Shown here: in pieces, positions 1 to 12,053 of the stretch | How the letters are laid out: each line of letters starts with the position of its first letter | How positions within the stretch are numbered: position 1 is the first letter of the stretch | Assembly (NCBI GenBank): GCA_001938485.1 | Contig: MQRK01234068.1 | Coordinates: forward strand, 17,059-81,058 | DNA from: Girardia tigrina | Lineage: Eukaryota | DNA length: 64,000 bases | Reading direction: 5' to 3' | Translations under genes and position numbers: made by a program | Notes under the pieces: generated by a model | What the model was told of the DNA's origin: nothing | The model's database searches: none | Seen by the model: only the letters and a program-made list of their open reading frames with translations

Positions 1-1395
1 TACGTGTTAATATATGTAAAATTTTAAATTGTAATAAATGTTATTTTTCTGTTGTATATTCATTTTTTGAACTTTATGTCATTTTGTTCTCAAATAGCTG
101 CCGCACCCTGTATTGTTTGGAACCATAAAAATAAATTTAAATTCTATTTGACCAAGCGCAACAAATAGAGATGTTCTCTATCAAGATTTTATTCAATCAA
201 TTCTTATGATTGTTGGAAATTTAAATAAATATTATCGAGCGTTTTTCGAAAGAATTTCAGTTATCCTAAATAGAAGATAAATCTTATTGTAATTTTGCTA
301 ATATATTTTTGTGTTATATTTCCCATTTTTTACATATTATTATTTTTCTAAGAAAGTTGTTTAATTTTGAAAGTCAAATATTTACAAATGTTTTGGTAAC
401 AATATCATTTTTTTGAGATCCTACGTTCCTAGTAATAGATTTCCTTCTCTCGTGATTACCCTCATGATTTTCATTACATTGTAATTAGATTACTTTAATG
501 TGCTCGATCACTTTTGTGCTAAAATAAATATTTAAAATCAAATTAATTTCTGACATATAGAACTACATCAATTATATTTGAAAAAAATAAAACATTTTAA
601 GCTAATTTGTATTAAAAGTTTATTGCATTAATAAAATAATGATCGTTGGGAACAAAATAATTATTATTGGGAACATAGTATATATTTCTGGGAACCTCTG
701 TATTAGAATTATTTATTAAGAAAAGAGCAACTTGAAGATGAAGAATAACTAAATTATTTTTGTAGAGGTATTTGTAACATCAATTTCCGAAATCATATTT
801 ACTCAATTTGTACATTTATTATAATCAATTTTCATACAAAATTTTTAACTATTTTCTTAATTAATAATTAATCAGCCGATCTCTACCTTCCAATAATTTT
901 TCCATTTATTTAATTGCAATCAAATCAAAATAATATTTAATTTTTAAAATTTTAATAAAAATATTTATGAAAATTATTATTTACGTATTTTAATTTTTTT
1001 AAATATTTTATTTTTAAATTTGTTTTTTATTTTAAGACTTATAATGTTTTTTTTATAATTTTGCTTTTCAAACGAAATATTATATGCTGTTTTAAATTGG
1101 AGTTTTTTTAAAAAAACATTTTTTTAATATTTTTAAATAAACGTTATATTTACTATTCAATTTTTATATTTTAGATATTTAATTTTTTTATCATATCCTT
1201 AAATTAATTTAAAATTGGAAAAATAAATTTTTACAAATATTAATAAAATTTTTTAATAGAATTCAAATTATTTTTAAAAATACTGTTTTATCTTAAATTC
1301 TGTTTTGATCAACTCATCTTTCTACTAAATTAATATTTTAATTCAAATAAATTTATCAAAAATATTTTTAAATTCAAATTTAAAATATTTAGTAT

Positions 1396-1867
1396 TGTGA
1401 GGAATATGTGTGTGTAATTGTTTTTTTGTAGTGTTTGCATGTTTAAATCTTGTGTGTTGATTTGGGATTGTGCCTCTCCTAATCAGATGGATGATCAATA
1501 TTTTAATTCTTATAATCTGAAACTAATTTATTTAAATTTAGATTTAATATTCAAATTTTTAATTTTTATTATTGCAACTTTTAAATAATTTTATTGATTT
1601 TATTTTTGTAAATTTTTGTAAATAATTAAAATCAAATTAATGTTTAAAAATGATATTAAAATGATATAAATATTTTTTTTAGCCAATAAAATTTAAATTA
1701 AATATTTTTAAATAAAATAATTTTCTCAAGTATAGTTTAGATTTTAATGAGAGATATTGAAAACTGAGTGATGGATTTAAGTGAAAGCAATACTATTGAT
1801 CATCATAAAGATGATCAGAAATTTAAATGTAATAAATGTTCTGTCAAATGTGTGAGTTCTCTTAACA
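1396..1867 (+). mobile_element. Old solo-LTR-like element related to the copies at 30140 and 56059, without the nested HINE
   Basis: Starts TGTGAGGAATAT like the 56059 copy, has a similar CTC..C.CAGATGGA segment, ends CTTAACA (TG..CA); flanks AGTAT/AGATT are only an imperfect TSD. Confidence 0.5.
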
Positions 1868-2169
1868 AGATTCTCTGATTTCAATTCCAAATAATCTGTT
1901 TTAAAATTTGAATTTTGATCAGCGAACTAAAATTAACGACCTCCTCGTAATTTTAATAATTTTAACAAAAAACAACCGCATTGTTCAGTAATCTTAAAAA
2001 ATGAAATTTTCGTTTCTGAGGGCAACGATAAGAAAATCACAAATGTAATAGTAACACCTATGAAGTACAGAAATGAAACTATAAAGTGGGCTCATGAAAT
2101 ACTTCACGGTAAGTCATCTAGGAAAAGAAGAAACGTATGGTACCACACACTCTACTTTAGTTATTGATT

Positions 2170-2460
2170 GACAACGTGCATATTTACTCCGCGCAACTTT
2201 CGCTAGAAGCAATCACCAAATGTGGTTTCGTGAGCCTGGCACACCTGCCCTACAGTTCCCAACGACTTCTACTTATTCAACTGGCTAAAGTAACACTTAA
2301 GAGGGCGTTCCTTTTCGTTTGGAGTTGATCTCAAGGAATACGTTTCAAATTTTTTATCATCACAGAATCAACAGTTTATTCCTACTGTCTTTGATGATTT
2401 GTTGCACATATGAAATAAACTTGTTGCTAATCAAGGAGAATAAATTCAGAAATAATGTAT
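2170..2460 (+). mobile_element. Mariner transposase C-terminal remnant
   Basis: Degenerate HLPYS..NDFYLFNWLK*HLRGR motif (YSPDLAPSDFYLF family). Confidence 0.6.
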
Positions 2461-2823
2461 AATATTTGTTCATACTAGTTATAGTGTTCACTAAATCGCA
2501 TCAGCAGTAGCAACCAATTAAGAGTTTTTTTAAGTGATATGTAATTTAATTTTTTGATTTTTAATTTTGAAAAAATTTCTTAATTGGATTTGCGACCCCT
2601 GAAATTTTTTAAACTAAAAAATTCAGATGCGCATTAAAAAAATTTTAAAACAAAAAAAATTTTTGAATGATCAAAAAAAACATTACCGGAAACATTGGCT
2701 TTTCGTTTCCCAATAATTTCTAATGTATAAAAAAACAATTAACAGTAATTTGTAAATTTATAAATTTGTTTTATTAAATCAATGAAGTTAATAAATATTA
2801 TGAAATTTTAATTTTCAATTCTA

Positions 2824-3533
2824 ATGGGTGAAAATTATTCGACTAATGATAAATCGAACGCGAATATCCGTCAAAATAACGGAAATTCGTTGATCAATTT
2901 CTCTCCGGAAAGTTCGCAAGTCAATAGCGGTGCATATACGAGCGTTTTTCATCCCTCATCGATCGCCGCTGTCAACAGATCGAATCAAAACGATTTGACC
3001 GGCGGTTTAAATGGCGCATTTGCGTGGGGATTGAATACGAATCCCGGATCATTCACGATGGCTAAAAATCAGCGACCAAGAGAGAAAGATTTACCGATTT
3101 TGAATAATGAGGAACTCATGAATTATCGGTATAGTACTGAAGGGAATCCCTGCCAGGCGGCACGGAACATATCCATGTCTCCTAACTGTTTTTTTCGAGT
3201 CAGTTCAAACACCCGAAATATTCACACGGACGCGCACATGGTCCCTGACACGCGGCACATGGATTACTCATGAAACCACCTCTCCAACAGCAGCAAGCAC
3301 AACAACCCGTTGCCGTTTTGTCACAAATGACCGAACCAAGATCTTCCATCGTCTGGATCACGGTGCGTGCGGGTGTGGTTGCGACCCTTCGAAAGTACGA
3401 ACTCCACAAAAATATGGTAAGCCTTATCGATCGGCGAGTGAATTGTCCCGTGTCGCATTTTAGTGCGCGACCAAGATTCTCGGGCAAGACAAATATGAAC
3501 AACAACACAAGTAATAAATGTTGTTCAAAATAG
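2824..3533 (+). other. GC-elevated coding-like segment of unknown identity (N/S-rich, then H/Q-rich), interrupted by frameshift/stop
   Basis: 149-aa ATG ORF overlapping an 87-aa Q-rich ORF in a much more AT-rich background; no recognisable domain. Confidence 0.35.
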
Positions 3534-4009
3534 AAGTTGATAGAACATTGTGAAATTTTCCTTTTATACCGAGTCTTAGAGGTTATCGGTCGACATACGT
3601 ATCTTCTTATCAATCAAACGTAAATTAAAGAATTAATTATTTAAGAATCCAAAAACACAAGGTCAACCTTGTTGAAAAAAGAACATTATAAAACAAATCC
3701 ACAACCGATTGACAACCCCCACAAGAATAAATATCTAAATCTATCATAATCAAATAATAAGAGAAAATATTCTGCAACAGAAAAACGCAGAAGAATTTTG
3801 ATTAAAGTTTAATTAGTCAGGCTTCTTACAGGTGAGAAGTAAACTCCAGCCATATTTTTATAACAAATATAAAATTAAATTAAATTAACAGAAATAAAAT
3901 ATATTTTAATTAAATAAAATTTTATTAAAAATATAATTTTAAATAAATAATTATTTAACCAAACATCAATTAATGATAATTAAAGTTAACATAATCGATA
4001 AGATCTTAC

Positions 4010-4210
4010 AGAAACGCTTAGGGAATTGAGGGAGTCATACATTTCCTTCAGCATACGTAAGCACGTCTGCATTAGCACAGGGTCGTTTATCGATTCGCTA
4101 ACATTAGCATTGAAGAAACTGTCAAGAACCATTTGACGTACCTCGATAATGGTGGGCTCCCTGTCGAACATAGCTAAATACTGTACCAGTTCCGGGGACG
4201 ATAGTAAATT
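4010..4210 (-). CDS. VPS35L: VPS35L (C16orf62, Retriever subunit) internal exon, 67 codons, phase 0/0
   Basis: ttattag|NLLSSPELVQYLAMFDREPTIIEVRQMVLDSF..DPVLMQTCLRMLKEMYDSLNSLSVS|gtaag matches the recalled [30 protein letters not shown] segment; joins in frame to ..KQCDFQ. Confidence 0.88.
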
Positions 4211-4812
4211 CTAATAATTAAAATTGAAAATGGTATAATTAACACAAAGTTTTAAAAATCGAATTAAAAATAAATACAAAATAATAATAATAAAAAAGGA
4301 AAAGAAATTTTAATTAATAAGAAGTCTTTTATGTATGGATTTGAAAATTTGAATTCTAATCGTTTTTTAGTGATTTAAAATATAATAAAACATTTTGCGA
4401 AACGATTTTGTTTTAATTGCATGCGATTATATTTTGATAATCGTTAATATTAATGTTGATATTTCTGTTGATACATGAGTAAATAAAAAGGAATTTCCTA
4501 TTCTTTCTCTGTGTCACAATCTTCTATTCGTTTTGTAAATTTCTCAATTTTGCTTCTAAATATTATATATCTTGTGTTTCTAGGACCGTCTAACAGTTTA
4601 TCAAACTTAAATATCCATTATTACCACTCTATTATTTATGTAAGGTAAAAAGATATAGAAAATTTAATTTGAATGTGATTTACATTAACTAATTTGAATA
4701 GTTTTCAACATTTATTATCCAATCAAATTTCAAATAATTATTTTTATTAATTTCCACTTTACCATTTTAAGAATAGTTAACATTATCTACCGTGTTTTGA
4801 TTTAAAGCGAAA

Positions 4813-5930
4813 ATGGTTCGAAGAAATATGACATTTAAAACTGCTATTTTGAGAAATAATAACAACTTTATTAAACGACAAACTTCAACGATTACAAAAC
4901 CTCAGATAGTTCCTCTGATAAATGATAATACGGATTGGTATATGGACAGTGTCATTCAAGAAATGATGATCAAGTCTTTTAAAGAATAGGTTTCGATTAT
5001 CAATAGAACGTCGTCAAGTAAACTAGTAAATAATAATAATAATGATTGGTACATGGACGAATCGATTCAAACTCTGTTGATGAATTCCGTTCAAGAAAAC
5101 ACTTCGATTATTGAAGCAAGCAAGCCTATTCCGCTCACTAATAATAATAATTGTTATATGAATAGTGCGATTCAAGCAATGTTAATTCCGTTTCTAGATT
5201 TATCAGATTATCTGAAATCACAACTGACTAGTAAAAAGATAATCGTACCTGAAAAATCTTGTCATGCTTTATCATTGATGAAACATTTTACATTGTCCTT
5301 TGAAAAGCAACAAGAATTTTCTATTTACAAATTTCTTAAAGAAAATTGTGAATTGAAATATTTTGGAAGTGAATTAACTTGGAACAAACAAGAAGACGCA
5401 CAAGAATTTCTTAACAATTTTCTCAATAAACTTGAAGAAGAAGTAAAACCNNNNNNNNNNNNNNNNNNNNNNNNNNNNNNNNNNNNNNNNNNNNNNNNNN
5501 TGAGATGGACGAAATGATCGTAAATTGCATTAGAAATAAAGTCGAAGGATATAAATGTCCGAGTTGTAATTCGATAAATGGGAGAGGCAGAAATTGCGAA
5601 ATATTTTCAAATAGTCCTAAATATTTGATCGTGTGTATAAAAAGATTTGTTAGAAATCCGATCTCATTAGCAATTAATAAGCTTAATGAAGAAATGAAAA
5701 TAGACGACAAATTTGAGTTATTATATGGAAATGATGATAATGTGAATATTTCCGGTTATGAATTGATCGGAGTTGTAAATCATGTCGGAGGAACTATTTC
5801 ACTGTTTGTTAAATACAAAGATCAATGGTATAAGACCAATGATCAAAGAATAACTACAGTGAGTTTTGAAGATATGAAAAAAGAGGTTAAATCCTCAAAT
5901 TATATAAATGTGTATAAAAAGATTTATTAG
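4813..5930 (+). pseudogene. Intronless ubiquitin-specific protease (peptidase C19), copy 1, probably inactive
   Basis: Cys box [42 protein letters not shown]; in-frame TAG at 4987-4989; net 15-nt deletion removes GHY; N gap 5451-5500; antisense inside the VPS35L intron. Confidence 0.85.
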
Positions 5931-6424
5931 AATTGTTTATTTTTTTATTTTTGTTTGTCGCTTGATTCTTTAGTACTTTAAAGTGATATCGGAATGTTTT
6001 TTAGCTTTATTTTTCGATGGTCATTTTTTTCTTTATAAAATATTTTTAATTGTAAAAAAATTTTAAAAGAAGACCAAACTAACTTGGTTTTTACTAATTA
6101 AACTTTTTTCTATTTAATTTAATTATATTGTTTACTTTATAATGATGTATTATTATTATTTTAGTCAAATTCTTTTTATATTTGTATATTTGCTTAATTA
6201 ATATTTGGCATGTACGTTTTTGTATTTTTACTTTATTTTTTTATTATTTTTGTTTTATTAAAATTATAAAATTTTGTAATAAACTTATGCAATATAATAA
6301 AAAAATAATAAATAATATAATTAAATCTGTTATTTTTAATTACTGAATGGTTTGAATATGAAAATGCTTTTAAAAATTAAACTTTACAGAGAAGCAATTG
6401 TTCAGAATTCAATTTTTACAAAGT

Positions 6425-6525
6425 TTATTATGATCAAAATATGAATACAGTGAGTTGTGAAGAAATAAAAAGAGGTTAAATCATCAAATTATATAAATGT
6501 GTATAAAAAATTTATTAGAATTGTT
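6425..6525 (+). repeat. Degenerate duplicate of the last ~100 nt of the USP ORF
   Basis: ACAGTGAGTT..AGAGGTTAAATCATCAAATTATATAAATGTGTATAAAAAATTTATTAGAATTGTTTA repeats 5855-5940. Confidence 0.8.
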
Positions 6526-6849
6526 TAGTTTTTTTTATTTTTTTAATTGAAAGAAAAAAATTTAATTAAATATTAAAAATTATGAAAAAAGAAAAATATT
6601 AAGTTACAAATTCGGAGTGAAACTCAAAATTACTTTGAAATAAAAAAATCAAAAAGGATGGATGGACGTAGGATCACTGAAGATTATTCTTTTTGAAAAA
6701 TTGTCGTCCTCTTGTTGTCTTGTCCTAATCAAATAGGAGAAAATTTCACTGTGTTGCATAATTTGCTGGTTTCAGTTCTCTTATCAACTAATTTTTGTGG
6801 GAATTCATGTGAAGATATTTCTTCAGTGTTTGATGTTCCGAAGATTTTG

Positions 6850-7130
6850 ATATACCCAGCTGTTGTGAATGACGGCTAAGTGACTTAACGGGACTCACTT
6901 TTACACTAACTGGCACTACAGTAATGTTTTGTTGCGTTTGAACATTATGCTTTCGACCTGGCGATTTACTGGTTACGAATAACCCAGATTCTTAGAATTT
7001 CTATACCAACCTCGAAATTGTTGCTGTGTTCAAAGGCATTGTAACGTTCAAAGATCACGCTAGTTTTACAATCTCTGTGTAGCAATCCAATTTTGTAATG
7101 AATTTTCGCATTTCGAATGTTTACTATGGT
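6850..7130 (-). mobile_element. Tc1/mariner-superfamily N-terminal (HTH) remnant
   Basis: Degenerate TISRLV*KF*ESG..SPGRK..SP.KSLSR. Confidence 0.45.
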
Positions 7131-7139
7131 GATTCAAAT

Positions 7140-8402
7140 TTTTTTTCGTTTTCCCACTCATATTTACAAGATAACAAAGCATGTAAACAGAACACATTTA
7201 TTCTTCGAAATACAGACCTTTATTTTCGAAAGTCTTCAACCATCTTTCAGCCAATTCCTCGTTTCCACTAATATACCACTCTGTCGTTTTGGAAGCAAAG
7301 AAATTGCGGCACCCTTGCCCAACCTCTTCTACTGACTAGAACTACCACTCTTTGAGAAAATGCGCCAGCATTTTTAGAAAAAATTATCTAAGAGGTTGTA
7401 GTAACTGGGAGCAAGGTCATGGCTGTAGACAGCGTGTGGCAAAACTTCGATCCCCTACAGCTCTTGCACTTTACTACAAGTCAAACGTAGTGTGTACCGG
7501 AACATAGTCTTGTAAAATAACTTGACTGTGATTGACCAATGCCGGGTAACACTCACAGAGAATGGCGTAGACTCTGTCCTGCTGCTGAGCGTAGAGGTTG
7601 ACATGCACAGTACGCCCCTCTGGAACCAGCTCGAAGTGAATCCAACCCTCGAAATCCCCATTTACACGGAGCATAACTTTGCAATCGAAGCGTCCTTGAT
7701 TAACATCGGGTTGAGCGGGCATACCAGGGTAAAGCTACTGATTCTCCTTGTTGGGATTACGGAAAAAAAATCCACTTTTCATCCTCCGTCACGATCCTTC
7801 TGAAGAAGCTCATGTCATGGGAGTGAGCAAGCAATTCTTCGCAGATATCAAGTCGCTGTCAGTTCGTGAGGAATTTTTCGACACCGTCTATTGACAAGGT
7901 CAATCTGATGAAGATGAGGTTTAATAGTGAGTTGTGAAGGACCAAGCTCTGTTGATAATCTCCGCATGTTAATGCAGGGCTGCTCGTCCACAGCTTGACG
8001 TAGAGTGTCATTATCAACAACAGATGGTCGCCCAGAGCGAGGTTGGTCTTCGAAATTGACATCACCACTTGAGAAACGCTTGAACCACAACTGTGACATA
8101 CGAACACTGATCGTACCTTCGAATTCTTCTTCACATATTTCCCGGGCTGCAGCATCTGCGTTGAAGCCTTTTTCCAGTTATGTCGCAGAAGGACTCGAAT
8201 TCCGTATTTTTCGCTCTCCATAATCTGATAAGAATAAATAAACAAACGCTTCATAAATAAACCAGCATTATACAAGGAGATTCGTCATGCAATACGATAA
8301 TAAATAATATAAAAAACAATAATGCCAAAATAGAATATCCATAGAAAAGAACTTTCACAATCTAAGGCATAGAAAAACGAAAAAAACTTTTGAATCACCC
8401 TA
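7140..8402 (-). mobile_element. Decayed mariner element
   Basis: WFKRFSSGDVNFEDQPRSGRP, IPHELT, C-terminal LAERWLKTFENKGLYFEE*, TIR-like end near 8402. Confidence 0.9.
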
Positions 8403-8692
8403 GTATCTTGTTACTGAACCGCTTCATAAATACAACATATAAAAATAATAAATGGTTTTCTAATCGTAGTGATAATAGATAAATAAAATGATAGGAAAAT
8501 TGCTGAAAATCTTCAAGCAAAAAATCCCACAAAATCAGAAAGCTGCATACTTCATGAAAGAATCTTTACATCATTATTTTTATCATAACTTATACAACAA
8601 TAAACCTGTATAAAAATATTTTAAAATTTATTAAAATGCAATTTTTTATATTTTTTAAACTTTTTTCACTAAATAATCATACAAATAATTAC

Positions 8693-10190
8693 CTGAAAAT
8701 CACACTGTTTACTGAGAATCTTATTCAAAATTGACATCAACTGATTCGAGAACTCCTGGCATGCATTTTCCCTCATCACTTCTTTAACTAAATATGCCAA
8801 AAACCGATTGATATGAATAATATCAAAGTTCTTCGCGAGAAACTCGGCCCACGCATCACAACATTCAATAAAACACCGCAAATCATTAAATTTCGTTAAC
8901 GATTTCCATACGAGTTTAAATAGTGACATCGCTTGTTCTTGACCAAGTGTGAATGAAAGTGAAACACAAGCACCGAGCTGTTTCCACATGAGATAGCGTG
9001 GATAACCGCTGTCCGGAAGAGTCTGAATCATCTCTGCAAAAAATAATGGTTTCGTTTTTATTAATTCCACGGGAATTGAATTCAGGAGCGAATGAACGAG
9101 CAATGCATTTTGACTCTTTTCCACCTGCTTTATAACCCGATCAATATCATTTGATGTTGTGCTCAAACCGACACACAGACACTGCAGAATCCAGTCGACT
9201 GCCGGTACAAACAACCGCAAATATGAAATCATTTTGTCATAAGAATCAATCACTATTCCCTCGGAATCCAAACTCGCTCCACTAATAAACGATAGTCGAT
9301 TCAGAGACTCTAAAGTGTCTTCAAATGCCAATTTCAAATACTCCTTTCGACCGAAATCCATCGATATTCCTATTCGAGCAACATAAGAACGCGCGTAAGT
9401 TGCCAATAACGGATTCCCTATTCCGCGAGCCATTTTCATCAATCGGATCAATGATTCTGGTATTGATTTAGAATCGAAAAACCGGTAACACGATAGGAGA
9501 CCTGTTTCAATATATAATCGCGCCACGAGTTCTCTAATCGATGCAACTTTATACAACCAATTTCTTGCAGTTTCTTTAGCAACCTCCGGTATTTGGTTCT
9601 CGTGGAAATTGTCTGGTAAAGCAATTGGAACTCGTGAACCACGCTGAATAATGGCAGACTTTGCTTTTAATCTTTCGAAAACCAACGAACCGAAATTATC
9701 GACAAGATCGGTGATTAGAACGAATTTGCTGGGGAAAAATTGGGCAACGTTTGCCTCTGATAGAAGTTTTGTTGATTGAATTATGATTTGAAGTGATTTA
9801 ACACGTTGACCATCCCGCCATGACGTTTTTAGAGCTGACTGAAGTTCGTTTATCTTATCTGTGAACTGTTGAACGGAGAGATTTGATGTTTCGTGAACTT
9901 CTTCGTCAAATTGGTCTAGTTGTTCAAGTTTACTTTTGACTTTATCGAGAATCGATGAGGTTTTACTAATTAATCGACTATCTTCATCTGGTTTTTTCAT
10001 TAGAAAACTACTGATGATTGTCAATTTCTCGGATGTTGTATATGTAGTGAGAATAGACATTCGCTTAGATGACCATGGTTCCATATTAAGCACAGGAGAG
10101 TGGACTGAATCGGTTCTGTCTGTCGATGCCAAAGGATCTCTAAGAAGATCTAATGGAGAATTTTGCGATAGTGGATCCCAATTCGATGAT
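8693..10190 (-). CDS. VPS35L: VPS35L large exon (5' boundary uncertain)
   Basis: ~499 codons with DPLS motifs, EPWSSKRMSIL, QRVKSLQIIIQ, FPSKFVLITD, AKETARNWLYKVASIREL, RGIGNPL; donor CAG|GTAATT at 8692; candidate acceptor at 10191, first in-frame ATG at 10084. Confidence 0.93.
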
Positions 10191-10699
10191 CTATTTTTTA
10201 TTATTCAGGTCAAATTTGAACTCTTCTGAGAGTTATTTTTCCCTATTATCCTCCAAAAAAATAATAATTTTCAAATTTCTTTCTCATCATTCTAATAATG
10301 ATTTGTAAGATTTTTTTAATGATTTCAAAAAAACTTTTATTTTACATATAAAAACAGGCATTTCTCGTATTAATAAAAAATAACTACTGGTATTATTAAC
10401 GGAAATAATATTATTAATTTTTCTTATTTTGTATTTCAAGATTGGAATTTCTTTTAATTTTATTCTATAATATACAAGGGTCATTCAAAAGTTCGTGAAA
10501 AAAGTCAAATCATTGTGACTATATGTTTATGTTACAATTACCTGCTCCCTTGTTTGTGTGATCTTGTAGATGTCAGCCAATTAGAAAATAGAAAAGACGT
10601 GATTGGCTGACTACTCATTTTCCTATATTTCAGAATAAATGAAAGGTGCAGTGCATGCACAATACGGAATCGTTCATTTTCTGTGGAAAGGAAAGATAA

Positions 10700-11060
10700 A
10701 AGATTTTCTGGATAAGTTTAATTGTAGAAATCAAAAGTACAAAAAAGTTAGCGTGGATATATTTATAAAAGCTACGGAAAAAAATATAGTGACATGACAA
10801 CTTTGATTTGTGACCATTTGAAGTCCTTAAAAGTGAGAATTAATGATTTTTTTCCAGAAATATTAATCAATTCATATGAATGGATAAGAAATGCATTTAT
10901 TGAATCCCACAATAATATTTATTTAAGTCTCAAAATTGAAAACTTAATAGATATTCGTAATGCCCGGGCATTGAGATTAAAATATTCAGAAATCCAATAA
11001 ACTCTTTTTGGAAACTTATTAGAAAAGAATACTTAAATAAAGAAGAAAATGCACATAAAA
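10700..11060 (+). mobile_element. hAT (Buster/Charlie-like) transposase C-terminal remnant
   Basis: DHLKSLKVRINDFFPE..WIRNAF..LIDI..FWKLIRKEY. Confidence 0.55.
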
Positions 11061-11473
11061 TTTCCCACATCCTATTTGTGTTTTTTTAACAATTTAAATA
11101 TAACCGAATGTTAGACATTCGTTTTTGTAAATTATCTTCATTTTAGTTGTTCAAGTATCTATATCGTCTCGGTTTTATAAGAGATTTGTTTATAATATCT
11201 AATTTTAATAATTTTTAAAATATTTATTAAATTATTTTAATTTATTTCTAAAAATATTCTTTTTCTAAATATCAATTTTTCTAAACTTTCAAAATCTACT
11301 CAATGGAAAATCAATGAATTCAATAATGGAAAATTTATTTTCGTTTTTTGAAAAATATAGTTTAAATTATCAAACATAAACTAATAATAAAAAAAGAATT
11401 AAAAATCAAAAAATGGATTTTTTTAAAATTAAATTAAAATAACTTTTTGAAAAAATTTCAAATTATCATATAA

Positions 11474-12053
11474 CAGCGGCGTAGCCAGGATTGCAGAGGG
11501 GGGTGGAAAAAAATTCCTGAAAGATCTAGCAATCTTAAATATAAACTTGGTGGCAAAAATAACAAGAATGAAATAATATTTATTTATTTTTATTTCTTTA
11601 TAATTACATGTCCAGCCGACGCTTTCCTTTGCGGAACTCGTGAATAAAATCTTCAAACAATACTTCTATGTCACGATGAATGCTCAAAAACATTAATCAA
11701 TTGAGTCTTTCCTCTCCTGACGTATTTCTGTCATCGGTTTTGAGTTGTTTCATTTTACTGAATGATCGTTCGATATCAGCAGTCGTTACAGGAATCACAT
11801 TGTAAATTTTCAGTAATGTAAAAACATTAGGGAACAATTGTTGTGGGCAATTTTTAAGGTGGTCTGTTGCTGTTTTTGGCTTCTAGGCTAAATTTTTCAA
11901 TCTTTTCTGCCACATTTCAACTTCTGCTAAGAACATCTGAAGTGTTCCGTTTAAATCGTCTGCATAGAAATAAAAAAGATGATCGAGACTAAGTGGGGCA
12001 TTTTATCAGGGGGGGAGGAAATCCACCCAATCACCCCCCTGGCTACGCGCCTT
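11474..12053 (-). mobile_element. Internally deleted hAT element
   Basis: TIRs CAGCGGCGTAGCCAGG / CCTGGCTACGCGCCTT, near-perfect 8-bp TSD TCATATAA/TCATAAAA, hAT dimerisation motif FPNVFTLLKIYNVIPVTTADIERSFSKMK. Confidence 0.85.

Noticed and set aside
3270-4989. Alternative genetic code suggested by in-frame TGA/TAG stops
   Set aside because: VPS35L and SCAP exons read cleanly with the standard code, and SCAP ends in TGA
10330-10365. MPVF as a possible first exon of VPS35L
   Set aside because: Only four similar residues and splice phase unsupported
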